The notes: a model not told the origin generated them from the letters alone. Counted from the stretch's first letter, positions 48,939-57,689 are shown. The stretch is 64,000 bases of DNA from an uncultured Coriobacteriaceae bacterium (GCA_964349355.1 CAYGFZ010000001.1:12441-76440); one strand, 5' to 3'. Numbers and translations: made by a program.

Positions 48939-50346
48939 GAGGTTCGACTATCCCTTCCACGACCCGCTCCAGCCCCATGACCCGTGAGGCCTTCACGAGC
49001 ACCACGTCGCCCTCCTCCAGCAGGTCATCGAGCACCTCCGAGGCTTCTTCGGGCGTTGCGCACGGACGTATCCACTCGTCGTCCATCCCTGCTGTCCTCG
49101 CTCCATCAGCGATACGAGCTGCGCGCGGGCCAACGGTGACCAGGACCTCTACGGCGCTGTGCGCGACCTGCTCGCCGATCCCGAAGTGAGCGAGCTCTGT
49201 GAGCGAACCGAGCTCGGCCATGTCGCCGAGAACCGCGATCCTGCGCGGGGCGGACGTGAAGCCGGCGAGTGTCTCCACAGCGGCGCGCATCGCTACCGGG
49301 TTGGCGTTGTACGCATCGTTGATGACGTGCACGCCCGCAGCGCTCGTGAAAGACTGCATCCTCATCTCGCCCGCGTTGGCCGAGGCGAGGCCGGCTGCAA
49401 CGAGGTCCGCCGAGACTCCCACGTGAAGGGCGACTCCCGCAGCAGCCAGCGCGTTGTAGATGTTGTGACGGCCGGGCAGACCGAGCGTGATCCGCGTCGG
49501 CTCGACCCCGGGCGCACTGAGAGTGAACGACGCGCGACTCTCGTCGTCGAGTTCGACATCGATCGCGCAGATATCGCTCGACTCGCCGAGGCCGTAGCGG
49601 ACGACGACAGCGCGCGAGGACATCGCGAGGGTGTCGCTGAAGGCGTCGTCCCCGTTCAGGAACGAGATACCGTCCTCGGGAATCGACTCTATGAGCTCCG
49701 CCTTCGCGAACGCGATCGCTTCTTGTGTTCCGAGGATCTCGATGTGACTTGTCCCGACGTTGGTGACCAGACCGACCGTCGGTCGGGCGATGCGGCAGAG
49801 CTCGGCGATCTGCCCGACTCCGCGCATCGCCATCTCCACGACGAGAACGTCGGTGTCTGCTCCCGCCTCCAGTATCGTCAGCGGCACTCCTAGTTCGTTG
49901 TTCCGGTTACCACGGGTAGCGACGACGTCGCGGTCCATTCCTAGAGCCGCTGTGATGAACTCCTTCGTGGTCGTCTTCCCGGTCGAGCCGGTCACGCCGA
50001 TGACCGGGCAGAAGAGCCGGTCACGGTGGTACGACGCCAACTCCTGGACCGCCTGCAGTGCGTCACCGATCCGCACGACGGCGACACCCCGCTTCGCCGC
50101 AGCCTCAACGACCTCGGCCAACTCTTCACCTGATCGGGTGACGAGAAGAGCGCGCGCTCCGTCGCCGATCGCCTCGACGAGGAAATCGTGCCCGTCGACC
50201 CGCTCACCCGGAAAGGCGACATAGGCGCTTCCCGACTGTACGCAGCGCGAGTCGGTGCAGACACCATTGAGCATCAGATCAGGGGATCCGCAGAGCAGTT
50301 CTCCGGATGTGACGTTGATGAGCGTGTCGACGGAGAGCGTCAGCAT
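48931..50346 (-). CDS. murF: UDP-MurNAc-tripeptide--D-alanyl-D-alanine ligase
   Basis: GVTGSTGKTTTKE; Mur ligase domain order; dcw position. Confidence 0.9.
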   Translation of the reverse strand: MLTLSVDTLINVTSGELLCGSPDLMLNGVCTDSRCVQSGSAYVAFPGERVDGHDFLVEAIGDGARALLVTRSGEELAEVVEAAAKRGVAVVRIGDALQAVQELASYHRDRLFCPVIGVTGSTGKTTTKEFITAALGMDRDVVATRGNRNNELGVPLTILEAGADTDVLVVEMAMRGVGQIAELCRIARPTVGLVTNVGTSHIEILGTQEAIAFAKAELIESIPEDGISFLNGDDAFSDTLAMSSRAVVVRYGLGESSDICAIDVELDDESRASFTLSAPGVEPTRITLGLPGRHNIYNALAAAGVALHVGVSADLVAAGLASANAGEMRMQSFTSAAGVHVINDAYNANPVAMRAAVETLAGFTSAPRRIAVLGDMAELGSLTELAHFGIGEQVAHSAVEVLVTVGPRAARIADGARTAGMDDEWIRPCATPEEASEVLDDLLEEGDVVLVKASRVMGLERVVEGIVEPRV

Positions 50347-51797
50347 CGGCGTGCCACCTCCTCGGTCGCGACCTCACGGTCGTCGAAGTGGATGGTCCGG
50401 TCAGCGAAGATCTGGTAGTCCTCGTGACCTTTTCCCGCGATCAGTACCGCGTCACCGGGCGCTGCCTGATCTATCGCGGCAGCGATCGCCGCACGTCGGT
50501 CCACGATGACCTCGTAGCTCCCACCGACAGCCCGCGCGCCATCCTCGACCTGCAGGATGATTCCTACCGGATTTTCGGAGCGCGGGTTGTCGCTCGTAAT
50601 GATCACGTGATCCGCGGCACCTGCAGCAGCGGTGCCCATGAGCGGACGCTTGTCCGGATCGCGGTCCCCGCCACATCCGAACACCGCGAGAACCCTGCCC
50701 GGTGTGATGTCGCGTACGGCACCGATGGCCTTTTCCAGGCTGTCCGGTGTATGTGCGTAGTCGACGAACACACCGAATGGCTGACCGGCCTCGATGCGTT
50801 CGAGACGGCCAGGTACCTGAGGAGCCGAGGATAGACCCTCGGCGATCGTCTCGACGTCTATGCCGAGCGCGAAACCACAGCCCGCCGCAACGAGTGCGTT
50901 GCTGACGTTGTACTCCGCAGCGAGGGGCAGGTGGACACTGGCGCTTCCGGCAGGGGTTGAGAGCGTGAACATAGCACTGTCGGGAAGCAGTTCCTCGTCC
51001 ACCGCGCGGATCATCGCATCCGAGGCACGCCCGACGGTCAGCACGCCGTCGATCTCCACCGCGATAGCGGCGCCATGGAGGTCATCGATGTTGACGACCC
51101 GACTACCGACTTCGAAGTCGGTGAACAGGCGTCGCTTGACTGCGAAATACTCTTCAATAGTGTGGTGATAGTCGAGATGGTCCTGCGTCAGATTCGTGAA
51201 CGCAGCCACAGCGAAGCGTAGTGCATCGACCCGGTGCAGATCGATCGCGTGTGACGAGACCTCCATAGAGACGGCGGTAACGCCTGCATCACGCATCGAG
51301 CGCAGCAGCTCCTGGAGGTCGGCGGACTCCGGCGTAGTGCGACCGGCATCGAAGCGTTCGGCGGCGATCCGCGTCTCGACCGTACCGATGAGCCCGGTCA
51401 CGTGCCCGGCTGCACGAAGGATGGAGTCGAGAAGATAGGTCGTCGTCGTCTTGCCGTTCGTACCGGTGATGCCGACGAGGTCGAGTTCGTGGCTTGGATA
51501 TCTCCGGAAGACTGCTGCCGCGCGAGCCAACGCCGCGCGAGTGTCCTTGACGATGATCTGCGGAACACCCGCGGCTTCGGGGATGTGCCGTTCGCACACG
51601 ATGGCCGAGGCACCCCGGGCGACCGCATCGGCCGCGAAATCGTGTCCGTCGTTGACGAATCCGGGTACGCAGAAGAACACGTCCCCCTTCGACACCTGGT
51701 CGGAACGGAACACTACGCCGCCGACTGCGATACCGGCGACGGACAGCTCGATGGTGGCACCCAGGCCTTGGAGGAGTTCTCTGATGAGTATCGTCAC
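50340..51797 (-). CDS. murE: UDP-MurNAc-L-Ala-D-Glu--2,6-diaminopimelate (or L-Lys) ligase
   Basis: GITGTNGKTTTTYL; C-terminal DNPR motif (ITSDNPRSE). Confidence 0.9.
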   Translation of the reverse strand: MTILIRELLQGLGATIELSVAGIAVGGVVFRSDQVSKGDVFFCVPGFVNDGHDFAADAVARGASAIVCERHIPEAAGVPQIIVKDTRAALARAAAVFRRYPSHELDLVGITGTNGKTTTTYLLDSILRAAGHVTGLIGTVETRIAAERFDAGRTTPESADLQELLRSMRDAGVTAVSMEVSSHAIDLHRVDALRFAVAAFTNLTQDHLDYHHTIEEYFAVKRRLFTDFEVGSRVVNIDDLHGAAIAVEIDGVLTVGRASDAMIRAVDEELLPDSAMFTLSTPAGSASVHLPLAAEYNVSNALVAAGCGFALGIDVETIAEGLSSAPQVPGRLERIEAGQPFGVFVDYAHTPDSLEKAIGAVRDITPGRVLAVFGCGGDRDPDKRPLMGTAAAGAADHVIITSDNPRSENPVGIILQVEDGARAVGGSYEVIVDRRAAIAAAIDQAAPGDAVLIAGKGHEDYQIFADRTIHFDDREVATEEVARRC

Positions 51798-51850
51798 GGC
51801 TTCTTCACCACGTCAGGACGGTCGATTTTACCATGCTCACACGCTCCCAC

Positions 51851-53632
51851 CTAAGGCTCCTGGCCTGTTGTCATCGTCTCGACATCGGACGTCGCTGAAG
51901 CGGGCGAGACTGTGGTGGGCGGTATCCGGAGATGGGAGACTGCAAACCGTGCAACCTCGGCGAACACGGGCGCAGCTACGACACCTCCGTAGACCGCACC
52001 CTTGGGCTCGTCGATGACCACGAGGACCAGGATGCGAGGGTCGTCCGCAGGCAGGAACCCCGCAAACGAGCCGATGTACTTTCCCGCCTCGTAACCGCGG
52101 CCATCCGTGCGCGCCTTTTGAGCGGTCCCCGTCTTGCCCGCGACCTCATAGCCTGCCACTGCGGCTGCCGATCCCGTACCCTCGGTGATCGCGACTTTCA
52201 AGACGTCACGTGTCTCGGCCGCCGCCTCCTCGGAGATGATCCTTGTGCGGGGGTGCAAGATCTTCACGTCAGGCTGATCGGGCACGCTGAGCAAGAAGTG
52301 CGGGGTCACCAGCTCTCCCCCGTTCGCGATTACGGCGGTCGCACGAGCAATCTGGAGGGGTGTCGTCGATATGCCCTGTCCGAAGGGAATGTTCGCGATT
52401 GAGGTGGCCGACCAGTCCTTGACCGCGGGCATGTATCCAGCGACCTCTCCGGGAAAGTCGATGCCGGTCCGTGAGGTGAAACCGAATCCCATCAGATAGT
52501 CGTAGAGCGGTGTCTCGCCCAACGCCTGCCCGAGCATGACCGTACCGACGTTGGAGGAGTTCCCCACGATTTGGGCGAGGGACCATTCAACCTCAGAACG
52601 GGGCTGCGACTCCTTTATGGTGCGATTGCCGACCTTCAAAGTGGGCGGAAGTACAAACGTGTCGTTTGAATCGAACAGTCCTGCGTCGATCACCGATGCC
52701 GCCGTGATGGACTTCAGCGTCGAGCCCGGCTCGTAGACATCCGTTACCGCCCTGTTGCGCTGTGACGCAGCCTCCGCTTCGGCGTAGCGGTTGGGGTTGA
52801 ACCCCGGAACGGATGCCATCGCGAGGATCTCTCCTGTATTCGGATCCATAACCACGATGGACCCTGACGCGGCACTCCACTTCTCGACGGCCTTCTGAAG
52901 TTCTAACTGGGCGGCGTATTGGATGTCGCGGTCGATGCTGACGACGATGTCGCTCCCATGGACCGGTTCCTCCATGTACATCACCCCGCCGGGCATCGGG
53001 CGCCCGAGACGGTCGCGCTCGGCGAGCATGGAGCCCGGTGTCCCAGCGAGCAGCTCGTCGTAGTAAGACTCCAGCCCACCTAACCCCGCGTCGTCCACAC
53101 CGACGAATCCGAGCACCTGCGCCGCGAGTTCTCCGCCGGGATACGTGCGACGGGAGTCCTTCGACAGTCCGATTCCGGTCAGCTTCAGGTTCTCGATCGC
53201 GTCGGCGCGCTCCATCTGAACCTTTCGGGCGATATAGACGAAGCCGCTGTCTCGTCCAAGGCGCTCGGCGTAGTCGGCGACATCCCCACCGAGAACCCCC
53301 GCGACCGCCTCGGCAGTCGATGTCGGATCCTCGATCAGACGAGGAGACGCATAGATTGTTCGCGCTTCGGTGGAGACCGCTAGCGGCTCACCTTCGCGGT
53401 CCAGTATCGAACCCCGCCTCGGGGCCAGTTCGATATCCCGGGTGCGCTGAGCATATGCCTTCTCCGCGAACTCTGGAGCCGCAATCAACTGGAGGTATAC
53501 AAGTCGACCAGCGATGATGGTCAGGCCGCCGAGAAGGAGCAGGAACATCAGGCTATGGCGATCCTTCGGCTGCCGCGTGCCCGACCCTTTCCTGCCCGCC
53601 GGCACTGTGCGTGCACGTCGTCGCCCGCTCAT
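51851..53632 (-). CDS. ftsI: division-specific class B penicillin-binding protein (FtsI/PBP)
   Basis: N-terminal TM helix. Transpeptidase motifs STLKS (SxxK), SSN (SxN) and KTGT. Confidence 0.9.
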   Translation of the reverse strand: MSGRRRARTVPAGRKGSGTRQPKDRHSLMFLLLLGGLTIIAGRLVYLQLIAAPEFAEKAYAQRTRDIELAPRRGSILDREGEPLAVSTEARTIYASPRLIEDPTSTAEAVAGVLGGDVADYAERLGRDSGFVYIARKVQMERADAIENLKLTGIGLSKDSRRTYPGGELAAQVLGFVGVDDAGLGGLESYYDELLAGTPGSMLAERDRLGRPMPGGVMYMEEPVHGSDIVVSIDRDIQYAAQLELQKAVEKWSAASGSIVVMDPNTGEILAMASVPGFNPNRYAEAEAASQRNRAVTDVYEPGSTLKSITAASVIDAGLFDSNDTFVLPPTLKVGNRTIKESQPRSEVEWSLAQIVGNSSNVGTVMLGQALGETPLYDYLMGFGFTSRTGIDFPGEVAGYMPAVKDWSATSIANIPFGQGISTTPLQIARATAVIANGGELVTPHFLLSVPDQPDVKILHPRTRIISEEAAAETRDVLKVAITEGTGSAAAVAGYEVAGKTGTAQKARTDGRGYEAGKYIGSFAGFLPADDPRILVLVVIDEPKGAVYGGVVAAPVFAEVARFAVSHLRIPPTTVSPASATSDVETMTTGQEP

Positions 53633-54192
53633 CGGGAGGAGGCGAGTCCTGCGTCGCCGACAAGAAGAACCTGCGCCTCACCGGCCGTCATGCGCATGAC
53701 GTCGGCGAAGACGGCTGCGACACGCTCAGAGACGGCCAAAGAGTCGTCTTCGGCGGCAGTGGAGCTATCCGTCTGCGGGTCGCTGGCGTCCGAAGCGGGA
53801 AGCTCGAGGTAGTCGACCTCCTCGGCCACACCCATACCCATCGAGACGCCGGCGATGCTCTCGATGCGGGACGGAGTGGCCAGCGCGGTCCGATCAGCCT
53901 CGAGCATCTCTGCCCGGATGCGTTCACTCTCGATATCCTCTTTAAGGGTGTTGCCCGCCATGGCGGCCTCGGTCGCCTGCACGGTGACCTGTACGCGGGC
54001 CATTCCTAGCCCCATCACGAGGATCAACACGGCAGTGGTCGTCTGGAAGAGGCGCCGATAGCGCGCGACCTCGGCCGCGGAGCTCCGACAGGTGCGCGGC
54101 GACCCTGAGTTCGCAGCCCGTCCACCACCACGAAGGAGGCGCAGGACAGGCCCTTCCACATGTAGACCATGCCGACGTGCAGGTAGTCCCAT
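53629..54192 (-). CDS. ftsL: FtsL-like bitopic cell division protein
   Basis: Position between rsmH and ftsI; one TM helix (TTTAVLILVMGLGMA) followed by a helical segment. The ATG at 54192 has GAGGAGGGG upstream (track start 54222). No strong sequence motif, so the call rests on synteny and topology. Confidence 0.6.
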   Translation of the reverse strand: MGLPARRHGLHVEGPVLRLLRGGGRAANSGSPRTCRSSAAEVARYRRLFQTTTAVLILVMGLGMARVQVTVQATEAAMAGNTLKEDIESERIRAEMLEADRTALATPSRIESIAGVSMGMGVAEEVDYLELPASDASDPQTDSSTAAEDDSLAVSERVAAVFADVMRMTAGEAQVLLVGDAGLASSR

Positions 54193-54237
54193 CAGTGCCC
54201 CTCCTCTCCACGCTCCGGTCACGCCCTGGCGTCACCT

Positions 54238-55173
54238 CTACAACTTCTCCGCGACGCGCATCTTGGCGCTGCGTGCCCGCGGGTTCTCCTCTATCTCACG
54301 CTCCGTCGGAACGACGGGCCGTCTCGTCACGATGCGGAGTACCGGCTCATGACCGCACGAACACATCGGGAGTTCAGGCGGACAGATACACCCCTTCGCC
54401 ATCTCTGCGAATACTCGCTTTGCGGTGCGATCCTCCAAAGAGTGGTAGCTGATTACCACGATCCTGCCTCCGGGCGTAAGCCATCGGACGGCGGAGCGCA
54501 GACCGCGCTCGAGAACCTCAAGCTCCCGGTTGACCTCGATTCGGAGCGCCTGGAAGGTACGACGTGCAGGGTGCGGTCCCGTCCGACGGGCTGCCGCAGG
54601 AATCGCGTCTTTGATGACCTGCACAAGGTCTCCGGTAGTGAGGAGCGGACGGCGGCCTCGCGCGGCTACGATGAATGCTGCGATGCGCGAGGCCCACCTG
54701 TCCTCACCGTATTCGCGGATGATCCGCGAGAGATCGGCCTCAGAGTAGGTGGCGACCACGTCGGCGGCTGAGGTACCGCCGCCCTCCGGGTCCATCCGCA
54801 TGTCGAGTGGCGCGTCGCCGTGGTAAGAGAACCCACGCTCGCCCACATCGAGCTGCGGTGAGGATACCCCCAGGTCGAAGAGGAACCCGTCTGCGTACGC
54901 AATGCCCGCCTCAGAGAGGAGGGTATCGAGCTGGGCGAAGTTCCCCTTTATCAAAATGGCTTGCCGGCCGAGGCGGAGTGTGTCTGCTGCTGCGGAGAGT
55001 GCTGCATCGTCTTGATCGACGCCCACCAGGATTCCGGTGGGTTGGATTAGATCTGCTATCCGCTTCGCGTGTCCTGCCCCGCCTAAGGTACAGTCGACGA
55101 TGATCGAACCGGGGTGCGGCAATAAGTACTGCGTGACCTCGGCCGGCAAAACTGGGATGTGCCGGTATTCCAT
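54238..55173 (-). CDS. rsmH: 16S rRNA (cytosine1402-N4)-methyltransferase
   Basis: MEYRHIPVLPAEV, DCTLGGAGH, DLGVSSPQLD motifs. The track ORF is over-extended. Confidence 0.95.
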   Translation of the reverse strand: MEYRHIPVLPAEVTQYLLPHPGSIIVDCTLGGAGHAKRIADLIQPTGILVGVDQDDAALSAAADTLRLGRQAILIKGNFAQLDTLLSEAGIAYADGFLFDLGVSSPQLDVGERGFSYHGDAPLDMRMDPEGGGTSAADVVATYSEADLSRIIREYGEDRWASRIAAFIVAARGRRPLLTTGDLVQVIKDAIPAAARRTGPHPARRTFQALRIEVNRELEVLERGLRSAVRWLTPGGRIVVISYHSLEDRTAKRVFAEMAKGCICPPELPMCSCGHEPVLRIVTRRPVVPTEREIEENPRARSAKMRVAEKL

Positions 55174-55183
55174 TGTCAATCCC

Positions 55184-55621
55184 CTAGAGCAGGCCGGAGT
55201 CGGCCAGCTCCCTGGCGAGGTCCTCGATCGAGTCTTCATCCTCGCCAAGCTGGTAGGTCGCCCACGCCTCGGAGTCCCATATCTCGATCCGGTTTCCGTT
55301 GCCGGTGACCGCGACATCTCTCTGTAGTCCCGCATACTCGCGCAGGTTGCCCGGAAGCATGATGCGACCGGCCGAGTCGAACTCGGCCTCGACGGCACCG
55401 GTCGTGAAGAAGCGACGCACCTTCCTGACCCGCGGATCGAAATCCTCCCGGGACGTGAGCTCCTCCACGAACGCGTGGTACTCGTCAGCCGGATAGACGT
55501 AGAGGCAGTCGTCCAGACCTTTTGCGATCACGAGTTTCCCCGTCATCTCGGTCCGGAACTTTGCGGGCAACGAGACTCGGCCCTTGGCGTCCAGCGTGTG
55601 CTGGTAATCGCCGAGAAACAT
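55184..55621 (-). CDS. mraZ: division/cell wall cluster transcriptional regulator MraZ
   Basis: MFLGDYQHTLDAKGRVSLPAKFR and a second DxxGR repeat (DSAGRIMLP). The ATG at 55621 has a G-rich SD; the track ORF is over-extended. Confidence 0.95.
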   Translation of the reverse strand: MFLGDYQHTLDAKGRVSLPAKFRTEMTGKLVIAKGLDDCLYVYPADEYHAFVEELTSREDFDPRVRKVRRFFTTGAVEAEFDSAGRIMLPGNLREYAGLQRDVAVTGNGNRIEIWDSEAWATYQLGEDEDSIEDLARELADSGLL

Positions 55622-55699
55622 CCCTCTGTGCCCTCCCCCGCTACTCCGCGCGGCGTCCCGTCGGGCCCTGTGCCGACGGTGGCGTTTGCTCTTACGTGT

Positions 55700-55755
55700 C
55701 ACACTGTATGACACTTCATCCCACATGACAATACTTTTGTGGGAATTCATCCCAC
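55700..55755 (-). promoter_or_regulatory. MraZ operator candidate: GTG[G/T]N boxes at 10-bp period, plus extra copies
   Basis: Minus strand reads GTGGGatgaaGTGTCatacaGTGTG (plus 55720-24, 55710-14, 55700-04), an exact 10-bp phasing. A second GTGGGATGAA copy lies 31 bp upstream (plus 55746-55755), with an inverted GTGGGA at 55739-55744. Confidence 0.5.
55703..55731 (-). promoter_or_regulatory. candidate dcw promoter (TTGTCA-17-TACAGT) overlapping the MraZ boxes
   Basis: Minus strand reads TTGTCAtgtgggatgaagtgtcaTACAGT, about 80 nt upstream of the mraZ ATG. Confidence 0.35.
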
Positions 55756-55914
55756 TGTTTGACATCGTAGCGTCAGTTCATGCCACTCGCGACCACTGCG
55801 CTGATCGTGCGATTCGCGAACTCGATTGCCCTATCTACCGTCTATATGGATGAACCGGGGAGGATACCCGGGTTGAAAGCGGAATCCAGGCACCAGGATG
55901 TTTGTGCACATGTG

Positions 55915-55944
55915 TTGCCGCCCGTGCCCCGGTGCGGGTAGAAT
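55915..55944 (+). promoter_or_regulatory. candidate promoter of the plus-strand small-ORF/DUF4349 operon (TTGCCG-18-TAGAAT)
   Basis: Plus strand reads gtgTTGCCGcccgtgccccggtgcgggTAGAATgag, about 40 nt upstream of the small-ORF ATG. Confidence 0.35.
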
Positions 55945-55986
55945 GAGCAGAGATACTTTCGGGCGATACGGAGGTGACACTCCCCG

Positions 55987-56121
55987 ATGACAGCCAATGT
56001 GGCAGGCGCGATCTTCAACACCCTGGTCCTGGCCTTCTTTGTCGTCGTCGCACTCGGCGTCGCACTCGGCGCATACGCTGCGACCCAGATGAAGAAGATG
56101 GAGGAGAAGATCCAGAAGTAG
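55987..56121 (+). CDS. unannotated 44-aa single-pass membrane mini-protein
   Basis: Below the ORF-track size cut-off. GGAGGTGA lies 9 nt upstream of the ATG. Translation: MTANVAGAIFNTLVLAFFVVVALGVALGAYAATQMKKMEEKIQK. Hand-counted GC3 is about 82%, like bona fide genes here. Confidence 0.5.
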   Translation: MTANVAGAIFNTLVLAFFVVVALGVALGAYAATQMKKMEEKIQK

Positions 56122-56216
56122 TCCTCCGAGAACCGCGAATCACCCGGACGCCCTCCCGCCCGACCGGCGATGAGGGCGTTCGTGCTATATGCGAGCCCGA
56201 CTTCAGGAGGCGCACG

Positions 56217-57269
56217 ATGAACAACCAAGGACCGGCACCACGTCGACGCATGACACGGATCGCACTTATCGGCGTGACCGCGCTCATCGCACTCGCGCTC
56301 ACGGGCTGTGGGACACTTCTCCCGGTGAGTTACGGCGAGGACTCCTCCTCCGTCGAGAGCATGTTCGATATGGCACCGCCTGAGGGCACCTCCGAAGAAG
56401 GGCGGGCCGCCCTCTCCGCTCCCGATGCCGATCTCTCCTCGGCCTCGATCGGCGCGGGACCCGACGCCGTAGACGTCCCGACAGACGAGCGCTTCATCAT
56501 CCGGACCGTAGGCCTACGCGTGAAGGTGGACGACGTGGAGACCGCAGTCGACTCGTTGCGCACCGAGGTCGAGCGGATCGGCGGGATCGTCACGGGGCTG
56601 CAGGTGAGCACCGACGACGAGACTCCGATCTTCCGCTACGATGCGCTCGGTTCGCTTGGCGATGGAGCGCCGCTGAAGGGCTACATCACCGTTCGCGTAC
56701 CCGCTGGCGAGCTTGCTGACTTCCTTGAGACTGTCGACGGACTCGGAGATGTCTTGCGGCAGTCCTCCGACGAGGCCGACGTCACACAGGAGCATATCGA
56801 TCTGTCGGCACGCCTGGAGAACTTGAACTCCCAGGAGCAGAGGCTCCGCGAGTTCTTCGACCGTGCCGAGACTGTCGAGGAGATGCTCGACATCGAACGC
56901 GAGCTTGGACGCGTCCGGGGCGACATCGAGTCGCTCACCGCACAGATCGCGTACCTCGAGCGGCAAGCTGCGATGGCAACGGTCACAATCGAACTGACGG
57001 GCGCCGAGCCGGTCATCCGCCCCTCCGGGACGGACTGGGGGTTCATCGACGCGATCACCACCGGTGTCCGCGGGCTGGTCGGGACCATCAACGCGATGAT
57101 CATCGTCGCGATGAGCGCGCTTCCGCTGGTAGCGGTAGCACTTCTGGTGTGGCTGATCGTGCGAGCGGTCGTACGTAGACGCCGCGTTAGGCGTGGACCG
57201 ATCGCGCAGTCGACGTCGACCGGCGACCAGGCCACCGTCGCACCCGACGACGAAGGAGTCCACGAGTAG
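56217..57269 (+). CDS. DUF4349-domain lipoprotein (coiled coil plus C-terminal TM helix)
   Basis: The ATG at 56217 has CAGGAGG 6 nt upstream. Lipobox LALTGCG. The core (IIRTVGLRVKVDDVETAVDSL...GYITVRVPAGELADFL...DVTQEHIDLSARLENL...ATVTIEL) is typical of DUF4349. The track ORF is over-extended by an Arg-rich junk N-terminus. Confidence 0.8.
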   Translation: MNNQGPAPRRRMTRIALIGVTALIALALTGCGTLLPVSYGEDSSSVESMFDMAPPEGTSEEGRAALSAPDADLSSASIGAGPDAVDVPTDERFIIRTVGLRVKVDDVETAVDSLRTEVERIGGIVTGLQVSTDDETPIFRYDALGSLGDGAPLKGYITVRVPAGELADFLETVDGLGDVLRQSSDEADVTQEHIDLSARLENLNSQEQRLREFFDRAETVEEMLDIERELGRVRGDIESLTAQIAYLERQAAMATVTIELTGAEPVIRPSGTDWGFIDAITTGVRGLVGTINAMIIVAMSALPLVAVALLVWLIVRAVVRRRRVRRGPIAQSTSTGDQATVAPDDEGVHE

Positions 57270-57526
57270 TGATCCGCCCGAACATCCGGATACCGCTGTG
57301 GGCGGCAGTGGCTTTGCCCGCTGCCGCCTACGTCGTTCGCTCACTCATGCGTGGCGGCGACTTCCGTCCCGACCTGCCTTCAGACGCCCTCGCGTACTTC
57401 TTGCTCGCTCTGGTCGTCGTCGCCGTCGGCATCGCCCGATCGCGAACGAATCTTGCGCACCAGGTCGAGGAGAGCCTGGCCGAGGAGATGGACAGCGAAG
57501 ACGGCGAGTCCGGCAAGCACGGGTAG
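57269..57526 (+). CDS. candidate 85-aa two-TM membrane protein with acidic tail
   Basis: The GTG overlaps the DUF4349 stop (TAGTG). Hand-counted GC3 is about 81% overall and about 85% in the part that overlaps the antisense ORF. Confidence 0.45.
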   Translation: MIRPNIRIPLWAAVALPAAAYVVRSLMRGGDFRPDLPSDALAYFLLALVVVAVGIARSRTNLAHQVEESLAEEMDSEDGESGKHG

Positions 57527-57685
57527 AACGAGGAGATCCTCGGTCAGATCGAGCGACTCGACGCCGGGCGTTCCTGCACCGCCGACCACGGTCAGCCACC
57601 CGCCGGCCGCGACCCCGATCGCCGCGCCAACCGCCCAGGTCGAGGCCCAGAACACCCCTCGCGCTACTCGTCCACCCGCAGACAT
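57380..57685 (-). CDS. candidate 101-aa two-TM membrane protein with acidic tail (antisense-overlaps the previous feature)
   Basis: The ATG lies 4 nt after the ABC permease stop, with GAAGGGG upstream. Hand-counted GC3 is about 74%. It overlaps 57380-57526 in the same codon register as the plus-strand ORF. Confidence 0.4.
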   Translation of the reverse strand: MSAGGRVARGVFWASTWAVGAAIGVAAGGWLTVVGGAGTPGVESLDLTEDLLVLPVLAGLAVFAVHLLGQALLDLVRKIRSRSGDADGDDDQSEQEVREGV

Positions 57686-57689
57686 CTAT

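Noticed and set aside
55622-55765. 5' extensions of track ORFs: mraZ here, and likewise rsmH to 55398, ftsZ to 40829, pyrR to 22140, mihF to 10148, traR-like to 29853, murB to 42981, ftsW to 46811, the ABC ATPase to 61378, the SBP to 62640, phoU to 37220 and DUF4349 from 55974.
   Set aside because: The family-typical N-termini start at internal ATG/GTG codons that carry strong GGAGG-type SD sequences or stop/start coupling. The extensions are junk-like and would cover the promoter and leader elements.
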